Source: Candidatus Parcubacteria bacterium
Lineage (GTDB): Bacteria > Patescibacteriota > Saccharimonadia > UBA4664 > JBIOIQ01
DNA length: 64,000 nt
Assembly: GCA_963718875.1 (NCBI GenBank)
Contig: OY970378.1
Coordinates: 4,396-68,395, forward strand
Direction of reading: 5' to 3'
A program made the position numbers and the translations under genes. This document shows positions 40,125-49,406 of this stretch, piece after piece; the first letter of the stretch is position 1, and every line of letters begins with the position of its first letter. The notes beneath the pieces are model-generated. The model had not been told where the DNA came from and did no database searches. It saw nothing but the letters and a program-made list of their open reading frames with translations.

Positions 40125-41111
40125 ATGCATTTACTCGCCGCAACCGCCACAAGCTTTCACTCATATAAAATACCTTGGTTTATGTATGCACTTGTGGCGG
40201 CAGCTTTGGTTGTGTATGCAATTATCGAATACCAGCACACCCGACACGATCACGAAATTAAGTTTAAAGAAGCCGTTCATTGGTCAATCATATATGTAAG
40301 CGCCGCGTTGCTGTTTGCTATCCCCGTGTTTATTTTTATCAGCCCCCAGGCGAGCGGCGAATATTTGGCGGCTTGGGCGGTTGAAAAGGCATTGAGCCTT
40401 GATAACTTATTTGTGGTTGGTCTAATATTTACCAGTTTTAAGGTTAAGCCTGTATTTGAACGCCGGATGCTAAACTATGGTATTGCAGGCGCCATTTTTT
40501 TTCGTTTAATTTTTATTGTGGCGGGCTTAGAACTTTTAAAACGATTTGAATGGCTTGGCATTGTATTTGGCCTGATCCTCCTGCATGCTGCCTGGAAAGC
40601 TTTGATGGATGCACGCAGTAAACATGGTCACGAAGAACAGCCAAACATGGCAAAGAGCTGGTTGTGGCGGTTTTTGACAAAAGTATTACCAATCCACCCC
40701 GAGTTTGTAGAGCATAAACTGATAGTAAAAGTTAAGGGAAAGCGCATGCTTACCATGATGGCGGCGGTAATCATTGTGATTGAAATAACGGACATTATTT
40801 TTGCGGTTGATAGCGTACCGGCAGTGTTAGCAGTAAGTCCAGATAGATTTATCGCTTATTCGAGTAATATATTTGCCCTTTTGGGGCTGCGGGCGTTGTT
40901 TTTTGTGTACCGAGCTGTGGCCGAGAAGTTTTGGGCGTTGACATGGGCTTTAGCAGGAGTGCTGGCCTGGATTAGCTTTAAACTCATATCCGGACCGCTA
41001 GGATTTCATGTCCCAGTATCGGTAAACTTGGCCGTGTTAGGGCTTTTACTAGGCGGTGGGGTGGTTGTTTCGTTAATGTGGCAAAAACACTCTCCCCACA
41101 TGTCATCCTGA
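40125..41111 (+). CDS. TerC/Alx-family membrane protein
   Basis: EKALSLDNLFV, DIIFAVDSVPA, SNIFALLGLR. Confidence 0.95.
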   Translation: MHLLAATATSFHSYKIPWFMYALVAAALVVYAIIEYQHTRHDHEIKFKEAVHWSIIYVSAALLFAIPVFIFISPQASGEYLAAWAVEKALSLDNLFVVGLIFTSFKVKPVFERRMLNYGIAGAIFFRLIFIVAGLELLKRFEWLGIVFGLILLHAAWKALMDARSKHGHEEQPNMAKSWLWRFLTKVLPIHPEFVEHKLIVKVKGKRMLTMMAAVIIVIEITDIIFAVDSVPAVLAVSPDRFIAYSSNIFALLGLRALFFVYRAVAEKFWALTWALAGVLAWISFKLISGPLGFHVPVSVNLAVLGLLLGGGVVVSLMWQKHSPHMSS

Positions 41112-41183
41112 CTAGGAAGTCCTACTTAAGCGGGAATCCAACCTTTCAATATCTAACTATTTTTTGAATTTATAAAAGTTGTT

Positions 41184-41210
41184 GGAGGGGCGCCTTGTGG
41201 GCGCCCCTCC
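41184..41210 (-). terminator. GC-rich hairpin terminator between convergent genes
   Basis: ggaggggcgcc...ggcgcccctcc. Confidence 0.7.
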
Positions 41211-41228
41211 TGGTGATCCGTGATGGCC

Positions 41229-41738
41229 TTAGATGAGTACCATCATGCCTTCGGGGACACCGATGTCGTGCAGATCGGCCAGATCCCGAAGCTCGTCGTA
41301 CCAATCCTCTGCTTCGAACAACGCTGCAGCTTGGTGTGACTCAATGAGTCTCAGGACAACCAAGTAACGAACATCGTGGTCGTACGAGTGTCGTTCGTTT
41401 TTCCCTGTGTTCTGGTTACGTACTGTCTCTCGAACAGACCCGCAGCGTTGGCAGCGAAACGTTCGTTGGATGCCACCAGTCACTTGCTTGGGTCGAATGC
41501 CAGAAACCCTGACCAAGCTGTGCCGGCTTTTTGAAACGCAGACCAGGCACTCCCGAAGATGGGGATCTCCATAGCCAATGGATAGCTCATGCTGGATTTC
41601 AAGGAGCGCGTGATGAGCGCTCGTCAGTCCGGCTTGAATCTCGGCATTGACGCTGAGGAGGTCCCTAACCTCGGGCTCGTTCAGCTTTCCGCTGGCGGCG
41701 AGCCCTTGGATCAGCTGGAACGTCAGACGTGCGGACAT
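41229..41738 (-). CDS. Hypothetical protein with CxxC pairs (zinc-ribbon-like)
   Basis: CLVC and CQRC; GGAGG SD upstream. Confidence 0.65.
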   Translation of the reverse strand: MSARLTFQLIQGLAASGKLNEPEVRDLLSVNAEIQAGLTSAHHALLEIQHELSIGYGDPHLRECLVCVSKSRHSLVRVSGIRPKQVTGGIQRTFRCQRCGSVRETVRNQNTGKNERHSYDHDVRYLVVLRLIESHQAAALFEAEDWYDELRDLADLHDIGVPEGMMVLI

Positions 41739-41861
41739 GATACTTTGAGACCTCCGTCTCTCGGAAGAGTAGGACTAAACGGATCTCTTTTTTAGCACAT
41801 ATCGGTGCTACTGTCAATCATAAGTGTTGTTTTTGCTCTCTGTGAATCCCTAAACATCACT

Positions 41862-41926
41862 GTCATTCCCTATAGGAAGCCAAGCTCAACTATCGCCTAG
41901 CTTGGCGCTCCTGATAGGGAATCTAG
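41862..41926. repeat. GTCATTCCC...GGGAATC REP-like element (half)
   Basis: Nearly identical to 59707-59771 and related to 26602-26663. Confidence 0.85.
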
Positions 41927-41972
41927 AAAAAAAAACATTTTTTTCTTATAAGCGGAGGGTTTTTGCTAATAC

Positions 41973-42899
41973 TTAAGCGGCTTTTAGAACCACGGCTGTA
42001 CGGGCGTCTTGACTGTCCCCTTTTAGCTCCGTGGCCAACCTTTGGGCAGCTTGTTGCGGATTATCGGCTTTGGTAATAAGTTTTTGGATTGGCCTTAAGT
42101 TTGGACTTTTTTTTCTTACGCCGTTACTTGTAACAATTAACTGATCCCCTGGCCTAATTCGCTTTGTAAATACATTTGGCTTGAATTCAAGGGGCTTGCC
42201 TAGCGCTTGTCGCTTGTCTCGGACAGGTAGGTGTGTGTGATAGTTGGTAAGCTCTATTAATTCTCCGTCCCGCAACAAGTAAATTGGGCTATCGCCCACA
42301 TTACCAATAACGGCATAGGTTCTACCATTTTCTTCAATGAGTTTGACTGCCGAAACAGTCGCAGCCATAGTGTTCCCACTTGCCTCCCGTTGCCCTAGCA
42401 TAAAATCATTGGCATTATATAGCACTTCCGACATAATCTTTTCGGCCAAAGACCGGTCATTAATGTTATCTAGTTGAGCTAGCTCGGGCATCAAGCAGTC
42501 GACCGTTTTTTGGGAAGCCTCGGCACCGTTGCCGCCACTCCCCACGCCATCGCTGACCACAATTGTTCCTTTTACGTCATAAGCAAACCGGTCTTCATTA
42601 ACTTTTTGGCCTTCCGACGCCGAAGCCGCGCCAAAAGTTAGTGTCAGTTTTTCGACTCCGCGCTCGACCTCGCCTGATTTACTTTCTGGAAAAACAGCAT
42701 CCAACCTGGCTCGCGCCTCGGCCATGGCTGCCTGACGAGCAGCATCGGTTTCGTCATCAACTTCAAGTTGAAAGCTACGCCTCATTTCCTCGTCGGCCTC
42801 GCTCCATGTCCCTAAATCTTGAGCCAACTCGCTTTGGTGAAACGGATCCGTTTCACTAGATCCATCACGATCTTGCTCGGGTGCAGTTTTTGACTTCAT
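41973..42899 (-). CDS. PP2C-family Ser/Thr phosphatase-like protein
   Basis: NED, VSDGVG, MAAT, GNVGDS, TSNGV, DARTAVV. Confidence 0.85.
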   Translation of the reverse strand: MKSKTAPEQDRDGSSETDPFHQSELAQDLGTWSEADEEMRRSFQLEVDDETDAARQAAMAEARARLDAVFPESKSGEVERGVEKLTLTFGAASASEGQKVNEDRFAYDVKGTIVVSDGVGSGGNGAEASQKTVDCLMPELAQLDNINDRSLAEKIMSEVLYNANDFMLGQREASGNTMAATVSAVKLIEENGRTYAVIGNVGDSPIYLLRDGELIELTNYHTHLPVRDKRQALGKPLEFKPNVFTKRIRPGDQLIVTSNGVRKKSPNLRPIQKLITKADNPQQAAQRLATELKGDSQDARTAVVLKAA

Positions 42900-42941
42900 A
42901 AACTACATCATAGCAAAGTAGTCGTTTTAGAGTACACCAGA

Positions 42942-42971
42942 TTGACCCGAGCTCGAGTTTGTGCGTATAAT
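42942..42971 (+). promoter_or_regulatory. Sigma70-type promoter for the tRNA/GIY-YIG unit
   Basis: TTGACC-18-TATAAT. Confidence 0.6.
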
Positions 42972-43002
42972 CACGTGGTACCTAAGTGAGTATATGTAAT
43001 AT

Positions 43003-43046
43003 TCCGAAGTAGCTCTCCGTTAGCTAACGGAGGTAGAGCGGTGGCT
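43003..43046 (+). pseudogene. Disrupted 5' half of a tRNA-Asn-like gene (hairpin in D-loop)
   Basis: TCCGAAGTAGCTC[TCCGTTAGCTAACGGA]GGTAGAGCGGTGGCT. Confidence 0.7.
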
Positions 43047-43313
43047 TATATGGTTTATGCAATTTATAATCAAACTGCAAGTAAGTTTTACATTGGTCAA
43101 ACTGAAAACTTCGACATAAGACTGCAACTTCATAACTCAAAAGCTTTTAAAGGCTATACATCCAGGTTTCCTGGCAGTTGGGAGTTGATTTATTCAGAGT
43201 CAGCCGCCACTCGTCAAGAAGCTTTGAGACGAGAAAAACAACTAAAGTCGCAGAAAGGGCGAGAGTTCATAAAAACTTATATTCCGGAGTTCCGTCATCA
43301 GTCAGCCGACTGA
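43041..43313 (+). CDS. Small GIY-YIG endonuclease
   Basis: VYAIY...FYIGQT...RLQLHN...EALRREKQLKS.KGREFI. Confidence 0.92.
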   Translation: MAYMVYAIYNQTASKFYIGQTENFDIRLQLHNSKAFKGYTSRFPGSWELIYSESAATRQEALRREKQLKSQKGREFIKTYIPEFRHQSAD

Positions 43314-43327
43314 GAGGATCAGCGGTA
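43283..43327 (+). pseudogene. Second disrupted tRNA-Asn 5' fragment
   Basis: TCCGGAGT[tccgtcatcagtcagccgactgagagga]TCAGCGGTA. Confidence 0.65.
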
Positions 43328-43339
43328 ATGTAAACATAT

Positions 43340-43414
43340 TCCGGAGTAGCTCAGCGGTAGAGCAGTTGACTGTTAATCAATTGGTCGCCGGTTCGAATCC
43401 GGCCTCCGGAGCCA
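43340..43414 (+). tRNA. tRNA-Asn (GTT)
   Basis: Full cloverleaf: TCCGGAG acceptor, GCTC/GAGC D stem, CTGTTAA loop, TTCGAAT T loop, encoded CCA. Confidence 0.98.
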
Positions 43415-43475
43415 AAGAACTTATTGCTTATTTGTGGCTTTGTTAAGCTTTGAATGATCATAGGGGCTCTGTAGT

Positions 43476-43982
43476 TTATATCGACACATTGCCGAATAAC
43501 TGTGCCAATATTTCTTGCCGGTCGGTTTTTTCGGCCAGACATATTGTTCCCTGTTTAATCCTAGACCGATGCCCAGAGCTGAGGTCGAATGAATTTTTGA
43601 ATATAGCCAAAATCTCACAGGCGGTGTCGTCTGCAGCAATACGGTTAATGGATAATTTCGGGCAACCTGAACAGTCGTGAATGAGCATAATTTCTCCACG
43701 ACGAAGTTTGCCCTCGATTCTGAAGGTTAGGCCAATAGGCTTCATTCCCCCTTGGCATGAGGCTCTGCGGTCACCTTTTTTCTCGTCTACATGCTTAGAC
43801 CACAGGCACATATTGCAGTGGTTACGGTTAGCTGTACCCATTAGTTCATTGATCACCACCCATTGTCGGCAGTGCGAACAGGTAAACCCACCCTTACGCT
43901 CCAAACGGTTATGACGTGCAATATGCTTTTCAAAATTTTCTTCAAATTTAAAGCGATGATGCTTTTTATAGCGCTGCTTCAT
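43476..43982 (-). CDS. RNHCP domain protein
   Basis: FTCSHC...RNHCNMCLWSKHVD...GDRRASCQGGM; GGAG SD. Confidence 0.9.
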   Translation of the reverse strand: MKQRYKKHHRFKFEENFEKHIARHNRLERKGGFTCSHCRQWVVINELMGTANRNHCNMCLWSKHVDEKKGDRRASCQGGMKPIGLTFRIEGKLRRGEIMLIHDCSGCPKLSINRIAADDTACEILAIFKNSFDLSSGHRSRIKQGTICLAEKTDRQEILAQLFGNVSI

Positions 43983-44188
43983 CTTTACTCTCCAAATCAA
44001 AAACCAGCCGGTTGGCTGGTCGCGCTGGATAGTAAAGAGGACTAAACTATTTTATGGTTATTTTGTTATATTGAATTTGACCAGCCAAAAGCTGCCCCTT
44101 TTGCAGGGGCCGGGGCATTGGCAGTGGTTTTATGACTTAATTTGGATAACACGCTGGTTACTATATAGCATATGCTTAAATATGTCAA
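43983..44188 (-). promoter_or_regulatory. Promoter, leaderless uORF (44152-44066) and terminator/antiterminator attenuator
   Basis: TTGACA-17-TATAGT; GTG 7 nt later; TTGGCTGGTC in the uORF is complementary to terminator arm GACCAGCCAA. Confidence 0.65.
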
Positions 44189-44547
44189 CTTACCGTTATG
44201 GTTCAATGGCTTTGCACCAAGCCCTTTGTACCATTTCTGTCGGTATTTTGAGATCTATTCCCATGTGTTCCCGGCCGGTATTGTAGTAAATCAAATTCGG
44301 ACTCAAGGAATATTAGGGTTTGATGTGTATGCCATGGTTCATAGATTAAACATTAGTTTGTACTAACGTTGTGCTCTGCTTTACACATCGATGGCATTTG
44401 GCGTCCTAGGGATTTTAGTAGTTTTGACCGGTTCGGGTCCGGATAAGCAAGCCTCTGAAGCCATGGTGGTTATGTTTATTGACTATAAGTGTTAAAGTAT
44501 ACTTGTGAAATCCGAAACGTGATTGATAAACAATAGGTGGGAAAGTT

Positions 44548-44724
44548 ATGGAGCTGTTTGTACTTGATATAGTGTCGATTATTATGATGGTTACCTTGGC
44601 AGTTCAATTTGCATATATATTTGCTCTACGGAGCAAGATTGATCATCAGACTGAACGAATGGAAAAAATGGAGAAGATGATGGGAGAAATGTATATTGCC
44701 TCAAAAAACTGGCATGAGCATTGA
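44548..44724 (+). CDS. Small membrane protein (58 aa) coupled to mgtE
   Basis: MELFVLDIVSIIMMVTLAVQFAYIFAL...; TGA overlaps the mgtE TTG. Confidence 0.55.
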   Translation: MELFVLDIVSIIMMVTLAVQFAYIFALRSKIDHQTERMEKMEKMMGEMYIASKNWHEH

Positions 44725-45959
44725 ATGATCAACTTTTAGCCAAAATAAAGAAAGATAAAAAACATCGAGCCGACATATTCAGCTCCTTAGACCCCATACA
44801 GGGAGGTTTGTTACTGTTATCAATGTCCCCCCAATTGCAGGCAAGGATATTAGCCGACCTCAATGACAAAGATGTAATTAATGTCTTAAACCAACTCGAC
44901 CCAGACAAGGTCACCAATATTCTGCGTAGATTAAAAGATAAACGCGCAAAACACATACTACAATTGCTCAATGACAGCATTCGCAATAAAGTTGAGTATC
45001 TACTAAAATTCGATCCAAATACTGCTGCTGACTTAATGAGTCTTGATTATATCCAGGTGGACGCTAACGAAACTTTTGAAGCAATTAAAAAAAGTCTTGT
45101 CGAGCATGAAAAACATACCGGAAAGTTCCCTACAATTTTGGTTACTTCTGAGGGCAAGGTACACGGTGAATTGCCAGGTCATGCTTTAGCACTCCAGCCT
45201 GCCTCCGAAAAAGTCTCTAGCCATATCCGCCGCTTAGTTACTGTGAAGTACAACAATGACGCACGAAAAGTAATCGACACCTTCCTTAAACATCCTCACA
45301 GCAAAGTGATTGTTTTAAATGACGACGATAGTGTCATAGGGGTTATTCACTCAGATGACGTATTGAGATATATTGAAGGACGATCAGCTCGCGACTTGTA
45401 CGGTTTCGCAGGCGTCAATCGTGAAGAGCATGTGGGCGACGGGGCTTGGACAAAGGTCAGGTATCGTTATAAATGGTTGATAATTAATCTTGCTACTGGC
45501 TTTATGGCGGCTTCAGTAGTTGGACTTTTTGAAGATACAATTACAAGAATTGTGCTACTGGCCGTATACATGCCAATAGTCGCAGGCATGGGTGGTAATG
45601 CAGCCACCCAAACTCTAGCCGTAGTAGTGCGAGGACTTGTAACGAAGGAGGTGGATCTTAAATCTGTTGCACCAGTTATTCGAAACGAGGTGACGGCTGG
45701 GTTTATTAACGGTGTAATCAACGGGCTCTTGGTAGCCGCGGTGGCGGTGTTGTGGAATAAGAACCCAGTGTTTGGACTAGTCATTGGCTTAGCTATGGTT
45801 ATCAATTTGGTCATAGCTGGATTTTTTGGTGCAATCGTCCCTGTGGTTATGAAGTCCTTAAAACAAGATCCGGCCGCTTCTGCCACGATCTTCATTACCA
45901 CTGCGACCGATGTTTTTGGCTTTTTCTGTTTCCTAGGTCTAGCCACTGTGCTTTTGTAG
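44721..45959 (+). CDS. mgtE: Magnesium transporter MgtE
   Basis: CBS pair, WLIINL, PIVAGMGGNAATQT, DPAASA..ITT..DVFG. Confidence 0.95.
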   Translation: MNDQLLAKIKKDKKHRADIFSSLDPIQGGLLLLSMSPQLQARILADLNDKDVINVLNQLDPDKVTNILRRLKDKRAKHILQLLNDSIRNKVEYLLKFDPNTAADLMSLDYIQVDANETFEAIKKSLVEHEKHTGKFPTILVTSEGKVHGELPGHALALQPASEKVSSHIRRLVTVKYNNDARKVIDTFLKHPHSKVIVLNDDDSVIGVIHSDDVLRYIEGRSARDLYGFAGVNREEHVGDGAWTKVRYRYKWLIINLATGFMAASVVGLFEDTITRIVLLAVYMPIVAGMGGNAATQTLAVVVRGLVTKEVDLKSVAPVIRNEVTAGFINGVINGLLVAAVAVLWNKNPVFGLVIGLAMVINLVIAGFFGAIVPVVMKSLKQDPAASATIFITTATDVFGFFCFLGLATVLL

Positions 45960-46133
45960 CCTGTCTTCTTCATTAAGCGCTACATTTAGGGTTATTACCT
46001 GTTAGGTTGAGAGATTAAAGTTAACTTCCTCCACGATGCGGGCCAAAGAAAAAGTCCCACCCCGCGTGCCTTGATTAGTGGTCCTTAGAACGAGCCCCAT
46101 GGTGCTTATGCTTATATTTAATATACTCACAAT

Positions 46134-46424
46134 ATGAAGGTTTTTTCAGTTCTAAAGCGTAAGGTAAAAGGCAAGTCTTTGTTCTTGATAATTGTCACTG
46201 TGATTGCAGTATGCCTTGTCACGACATATCTGGGGATGTCAATTTACTATTTAATTAAGCCCATTGGAACAACAGGACCCAAGTGCACATTTGATAACTT
46301 TGACTGTGAAAGTAACGGGAAACTGCTTCTTGTCTTGGGCAACTTTATGCTTGCTGCCATGTCAGCGGCTGCTTATGGTGCATTTAGAATAGTTTACGGG
46401 CTGTTTAAGAGGCGCAAACCATAG
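46134..46424 (+). CDS. Small 2-TM hypothetical protein
   Basis: Two TMs with a Cys pair in the loop; TATACT 6 nt before ATG. Confidence 0.7.
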   Translation: MKVFSVLKRKVKGKSLFLIIVTVIAVCLVTTYLGMSIYYLIKPIGTTGPKCTFDNFDCESNGKLLLVLGNFMLAAMSAAAYGAFRIVYGLFKRRKP

Positions 46425-46492
46425 GTAGACATGGTGCTTATGATTATTTATGCTTTAACTAAGCTATTTATCCTATGTGATACGATTGAGTA

Positions 46493-46906
46493 ATGAAGAT
46501 TAGAGTAATTATATTAGTAAGCGTTGTGGCTGTTGGGGTTTTGTTCTACACGCTTAGGCCAAAGTCCCAGACAGAATCACCTGGTGCAACCAATCAACAG
46601 CGAGTTCAGTCTCCGTCTTCCTCGCCACAGGTAGCAAGCAAGACCTTTGCGCTGGAGATTCGCAACGGAGATCTCGTAGTGGGTGAAAGCGTGATTAAGG
46701 TAGACCAGGGTGGTGACGTGAATATTAAGGTTGTTTCAGACGTAAAGGATGAGCTACACATACATGGCTACGACAAGGAGCTAATATTACAGGCAAATAT
46801 TCCCGCCAGTGTAACTTTCAAGGCGGACATTGCGGGTAGATTTGAAATCGAACTTCATAGTAGCGAACAGGCAATAGCAGCTTTAGAGATCCAGCCCAAG
46901 CTATGA
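46493..46906 (+). CDS. Cupredoxin-fold membrane-anchored protein
   Basis: V.QG..V.I.V.SD..DELHIHGYD...AGRFEIELH. Confidence 0.8.
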   Translation: MKIRVIILVSVVAVGVLFYTLRPKSQTESPGATNQQRVQSPSSSPQVASKTFALEIRNGDLVVGESVIKVDQGGDVNIKVVSDVKDELHIHGYDKELILQANIPASVTFKADIAGRFEIELHSSEQAIAALEIQPKL

Positions 46907-48282
46907 TAGGGCTGAAGCCTTTGCTAGCTCACGCGTTTGGACAAACTTATACCCTACCTGTACCGCTATGGTTATTTCTGTTCGGGGCAGGCACAGCAGT
47001 CATTGTGTCTTTTGTAGTTATCGGCATATTCCTAGATAGCAGGCCACCCAGCAAGAAACGTGATCGGCCAGCCAAGAACCTAGGCACAATTAGGCAGATT
47101 GTCAGAATAGTAGGGGTGTTCTTGCTAGTATTAGTCATTGCGACAGGGCTGCTCGGTAAACAAGAGGGTTATCTTAATTTCAGCGTCCCATTTGTGTGGA
47201 TTGGTTTCATAGTTGGTTTTACCTATACTGTGGCTTTTTTAGGGAATCTGTGGGAGTGGTTGAACCCTTTTAAGACACTTTTGGAATGGCTGGAGAAGCT
47301 GATAGGCAAGAAGTTAGGGCCAGTGGAAGAATACCCAAAGGCTCTAGCATACTACCCTGCCCTTTTAACATATTTCGGCTTAATTTGGCTCGAGCTATTG
47401 TCAAATAATTTTGCTATAGTGCCGAAAAACCTGGCCCTTATGGTGATTGGCTATACATTTATTACTCTTTTATGCGCTTATTGGTATGGAAAAGAAGCGT
47501 GGTTTAAATATGGAGAGTTTTTTTCGGTTTTTTTTGGTCTGGTTTCAAAAATTGCTCCCGTAAAAATTGTCGGGGGCGAGGTATCTTTACGCAAACCTTT
47601 GAGTGGTCTGCTTGATGATGGCGCCAGGGATTTTAGCTTATTGCTGTTTGTATTATTTATGTTGGCCTCTACGGGCTTTGATGGATTAAGAGAGACGGTC
47701 ATTTTTGGGCGGCTCGAGGGGTTGATGCCAAACTTTATTTCCAGCGTGCCTAATCTTTTTGAGACTCTAGTGATGGCACTACTGCCATTTGCCTTGCTAG
47801 CTTTTTATGTTGCCTGCATGACGACGATCAAACGGCTAGTTAAAACGAATTTGTCCACTATGCAGCTAGCGTATGGCTTTGCTTTTTCGCTTGTTCCGAT
47901 TGCGATTGGGTACAACATTGCTCACTATTTCACCCTACTACTGTTACCAGGACAGACAATTATAAAGACTCTCTCTGACCCGTTTGGTTATGGATGGAAC
48001 CTCTTGGGTACGGCTGCTTATGAACTAAATTCGACATTTCTTGGTGCCTTTGCCGTTTGGTATATTCAGATAGCCCTCATTGTGGTCGGCCATATTGCTG
48101 CTGTCTACATAGCCCATACCCAGGCACTGAAGTTATTTAATGTGCGCAAAAATGCCCTTGTAAGCCAGTACCCGATGCTAATCCTGATGGTTCTTTATAC
48201 AATTGGTAGCCTCTGGATCATAGCTCAGCCCATTGCAGTAGAAGGTAGTAAGCAAAAACAGCAAGCTGAGCAGCACTATTGA
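46903..48282 (+). CDS. Polytopic membrane protein, partner of the cupredoxin-fold gene
   Basis: AHAFG..Y.LPVP, FDG, SLVPIAIGY.IAHY, SQYPM..LMVLYT; overlaps upstream stop. Confidence 0.8.
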   Translation: MIGLKPLLAHAFGQTYTLPVPLWLFLFGAGTAVIVSFVVIGIFLDSRPPSKKRDRPAKNLGTIRQIVRIVGVFLLVLVIATGLLGKQEGYLNFSVPFVWIGFIVGFTYTVAFLGNLWEWLNPFKTLLEWLEKLIGKKLGPVEEYPKALAYYPALLTYFGLIWLELLSNNFAIVPKNLALMVIGYTFITLLCAYWYGKEAWFKYGEFFSVFFGLVSKIAPVKIVGGEVSLRKPLSGLLDDGARDFSLLLFVLFMLASTGFDGLRETVIFGRLEGLMPNFISSVPNLFETLVMALLPFALLAFYVACMTTIKRLVKTNLSTMQLAYGFAFSLVPIAIGYNIAHYFTLLLLPGQTIIKTLSDPFGYGWNLLGTAAYELNSTFLGAFAVWYIQIALIVVGHIAAVYIAHTQALKLFNVRKNALVSQYPMLILMVLYTIGSLWIIAQPIAVEGSKQKQQAEQHY

Positions 48283-48379
48283 GAGTATAAAATCCTTAAG
48301 GCAACCACCAATGCCTAGCCTGCCAGTTGATAATGGTGTTGCACCTTAATATGAATCATTTAGCTGCTACGATATATCT

Positions 48380-48775
48380 ATGAACATGGGCATGACTTTT
48401 TATTTTGCTGGCGCGATCTTTTCACCCCAGGATGTATTCATGTTCGGGGCTTTAGCCTTCCTAATTTTGAGTACGGTTGTTGGTTTAATAATTTATGCAG
48501 GCAAAAGGCTTTCGAGAAAAGCATCCTTTACGAATTCAAAAAAGAAGGTAAGTTTACCTGTTTCAATACTAATCGGATGTGGCGTTGTAGCTACTGTGGT
48601 TCTAGTTTTTATCGTGATACCCACTGTAGTTAACGATAATAATCATATTAAAAAGCAAGATGAATGCGCACTTAGCGCTGGATTCAAGGATAGATTTGAG
48701 TCAGAGTCTTCTAGTGTAGATAATTTAGCCGAAAAACAGGCTCTATATAACACCTGTCTTAACGCCGCACTTTAA
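48380..48775 (+). CDS. Hypothetical 2-TM protein
   Basis: Two TMs and a C-terminal Cys pair. Confidence 0.7.
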   Translation: MNMGMTFYFAGAIFSPQDVFMFGALAFLILSTVVGLIIYAGKRLSRKASFTNSKKKVSLPVSILIGCGVVATVVLVFIVIPTVVNDNNHIKKQDECALSAGFKDRFESESSSVDNLAEKQALYNTCLNAAL

Positions 48776-48782
48776 AATAACT

Positions 48783-49406
48783 CTAAACAGGGACGGCGCT
48801 ATGTGGGCTTCCACTCCCCTTGTCCGGTTTCTTTGCCCTCCAGCTGTAGGTACAGGCCAGGAATATTACAAACATTAAAAGCCATAACACTGAGTATGAA
48901 ACAGTTAACAAATTGTATTGTTCTAGAGCAAATAGAATCAAAATTAGTTTCAGCATCAGCAAATAATAGCTAGGCAGCGATTCTGAATATGGCGCGTTTC
49001 GAGTCTTGCGGAAAGTTGGGATGAACGACGTCATTTCAGCAGCCGTCACAATTGCCAGCGAAACAACTGGCTGCTTACTAAGTAATGCATAAGCAATGAC
49101 CCCAAGTATAGAGATGGTGAGACAAACTTTATCCATTGGTACTATGTCTTTGGTACCAAACCGAAAACAATAAAAAAGTATGACGCCATCTACAAACACG
49201 CCCAGGATAGTAGGGATTGCTCCTACACCCGCCCCACCAATCACCTGGAGGTAGGCTACAACGGCGGTGACCAAGAAAATGCTTATCCATGTATAGAGGT
49301 GCGGTTGGTTTTTACCTCTAAACATATCGACCAGGTAAGGGACATAGGCGATTAATGCAATGCCGGTAGCGATGATGGAAGCAATGACTTTTAGATCGTG
49401 GTTCAT
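48783..49406 (-). CDS. Hypothetical multi-TM protein
   Basis: PY..D..RGKNQPH..TW; IPTFRKT..APYSE. Confidence 0.8.
   Translation of the reverse strand: MNHDLKVIASIIATGIALIAYVPYLVDMFRGKNQPHLYTWISIFLVTAVVAYLQVIGGAGVGAIPTILGVFVDGVILFYCFRFGTKDIVPMDKVCLTISILGVIAYALLSKQPVVSLAIVTAAEMTSFIPTFRKTRNAPYSESLPSYYLLMLKLILILFALEQYNLLTVSYSVLWLLMFVIFLACTYSWRAKKPDKGSGSPHSAVPV

Noticed and set aside
43003-43414. Intron-split tRNA with homing endonuclease
   Set aside because: The downstream tRNA is complete by itself; there is no separate 3' exon or group I core.
43351-43699. ORFs overlapping the tRNA and RNHCP gene
   Set aside because: Shadow frames of the tRNA and RNHCP CDS.
44290-44545. M-box riboswitch upstream of mgtE
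   Set aside because: No recognisable M-box consensus by eye; an Rfam scan would settle it.
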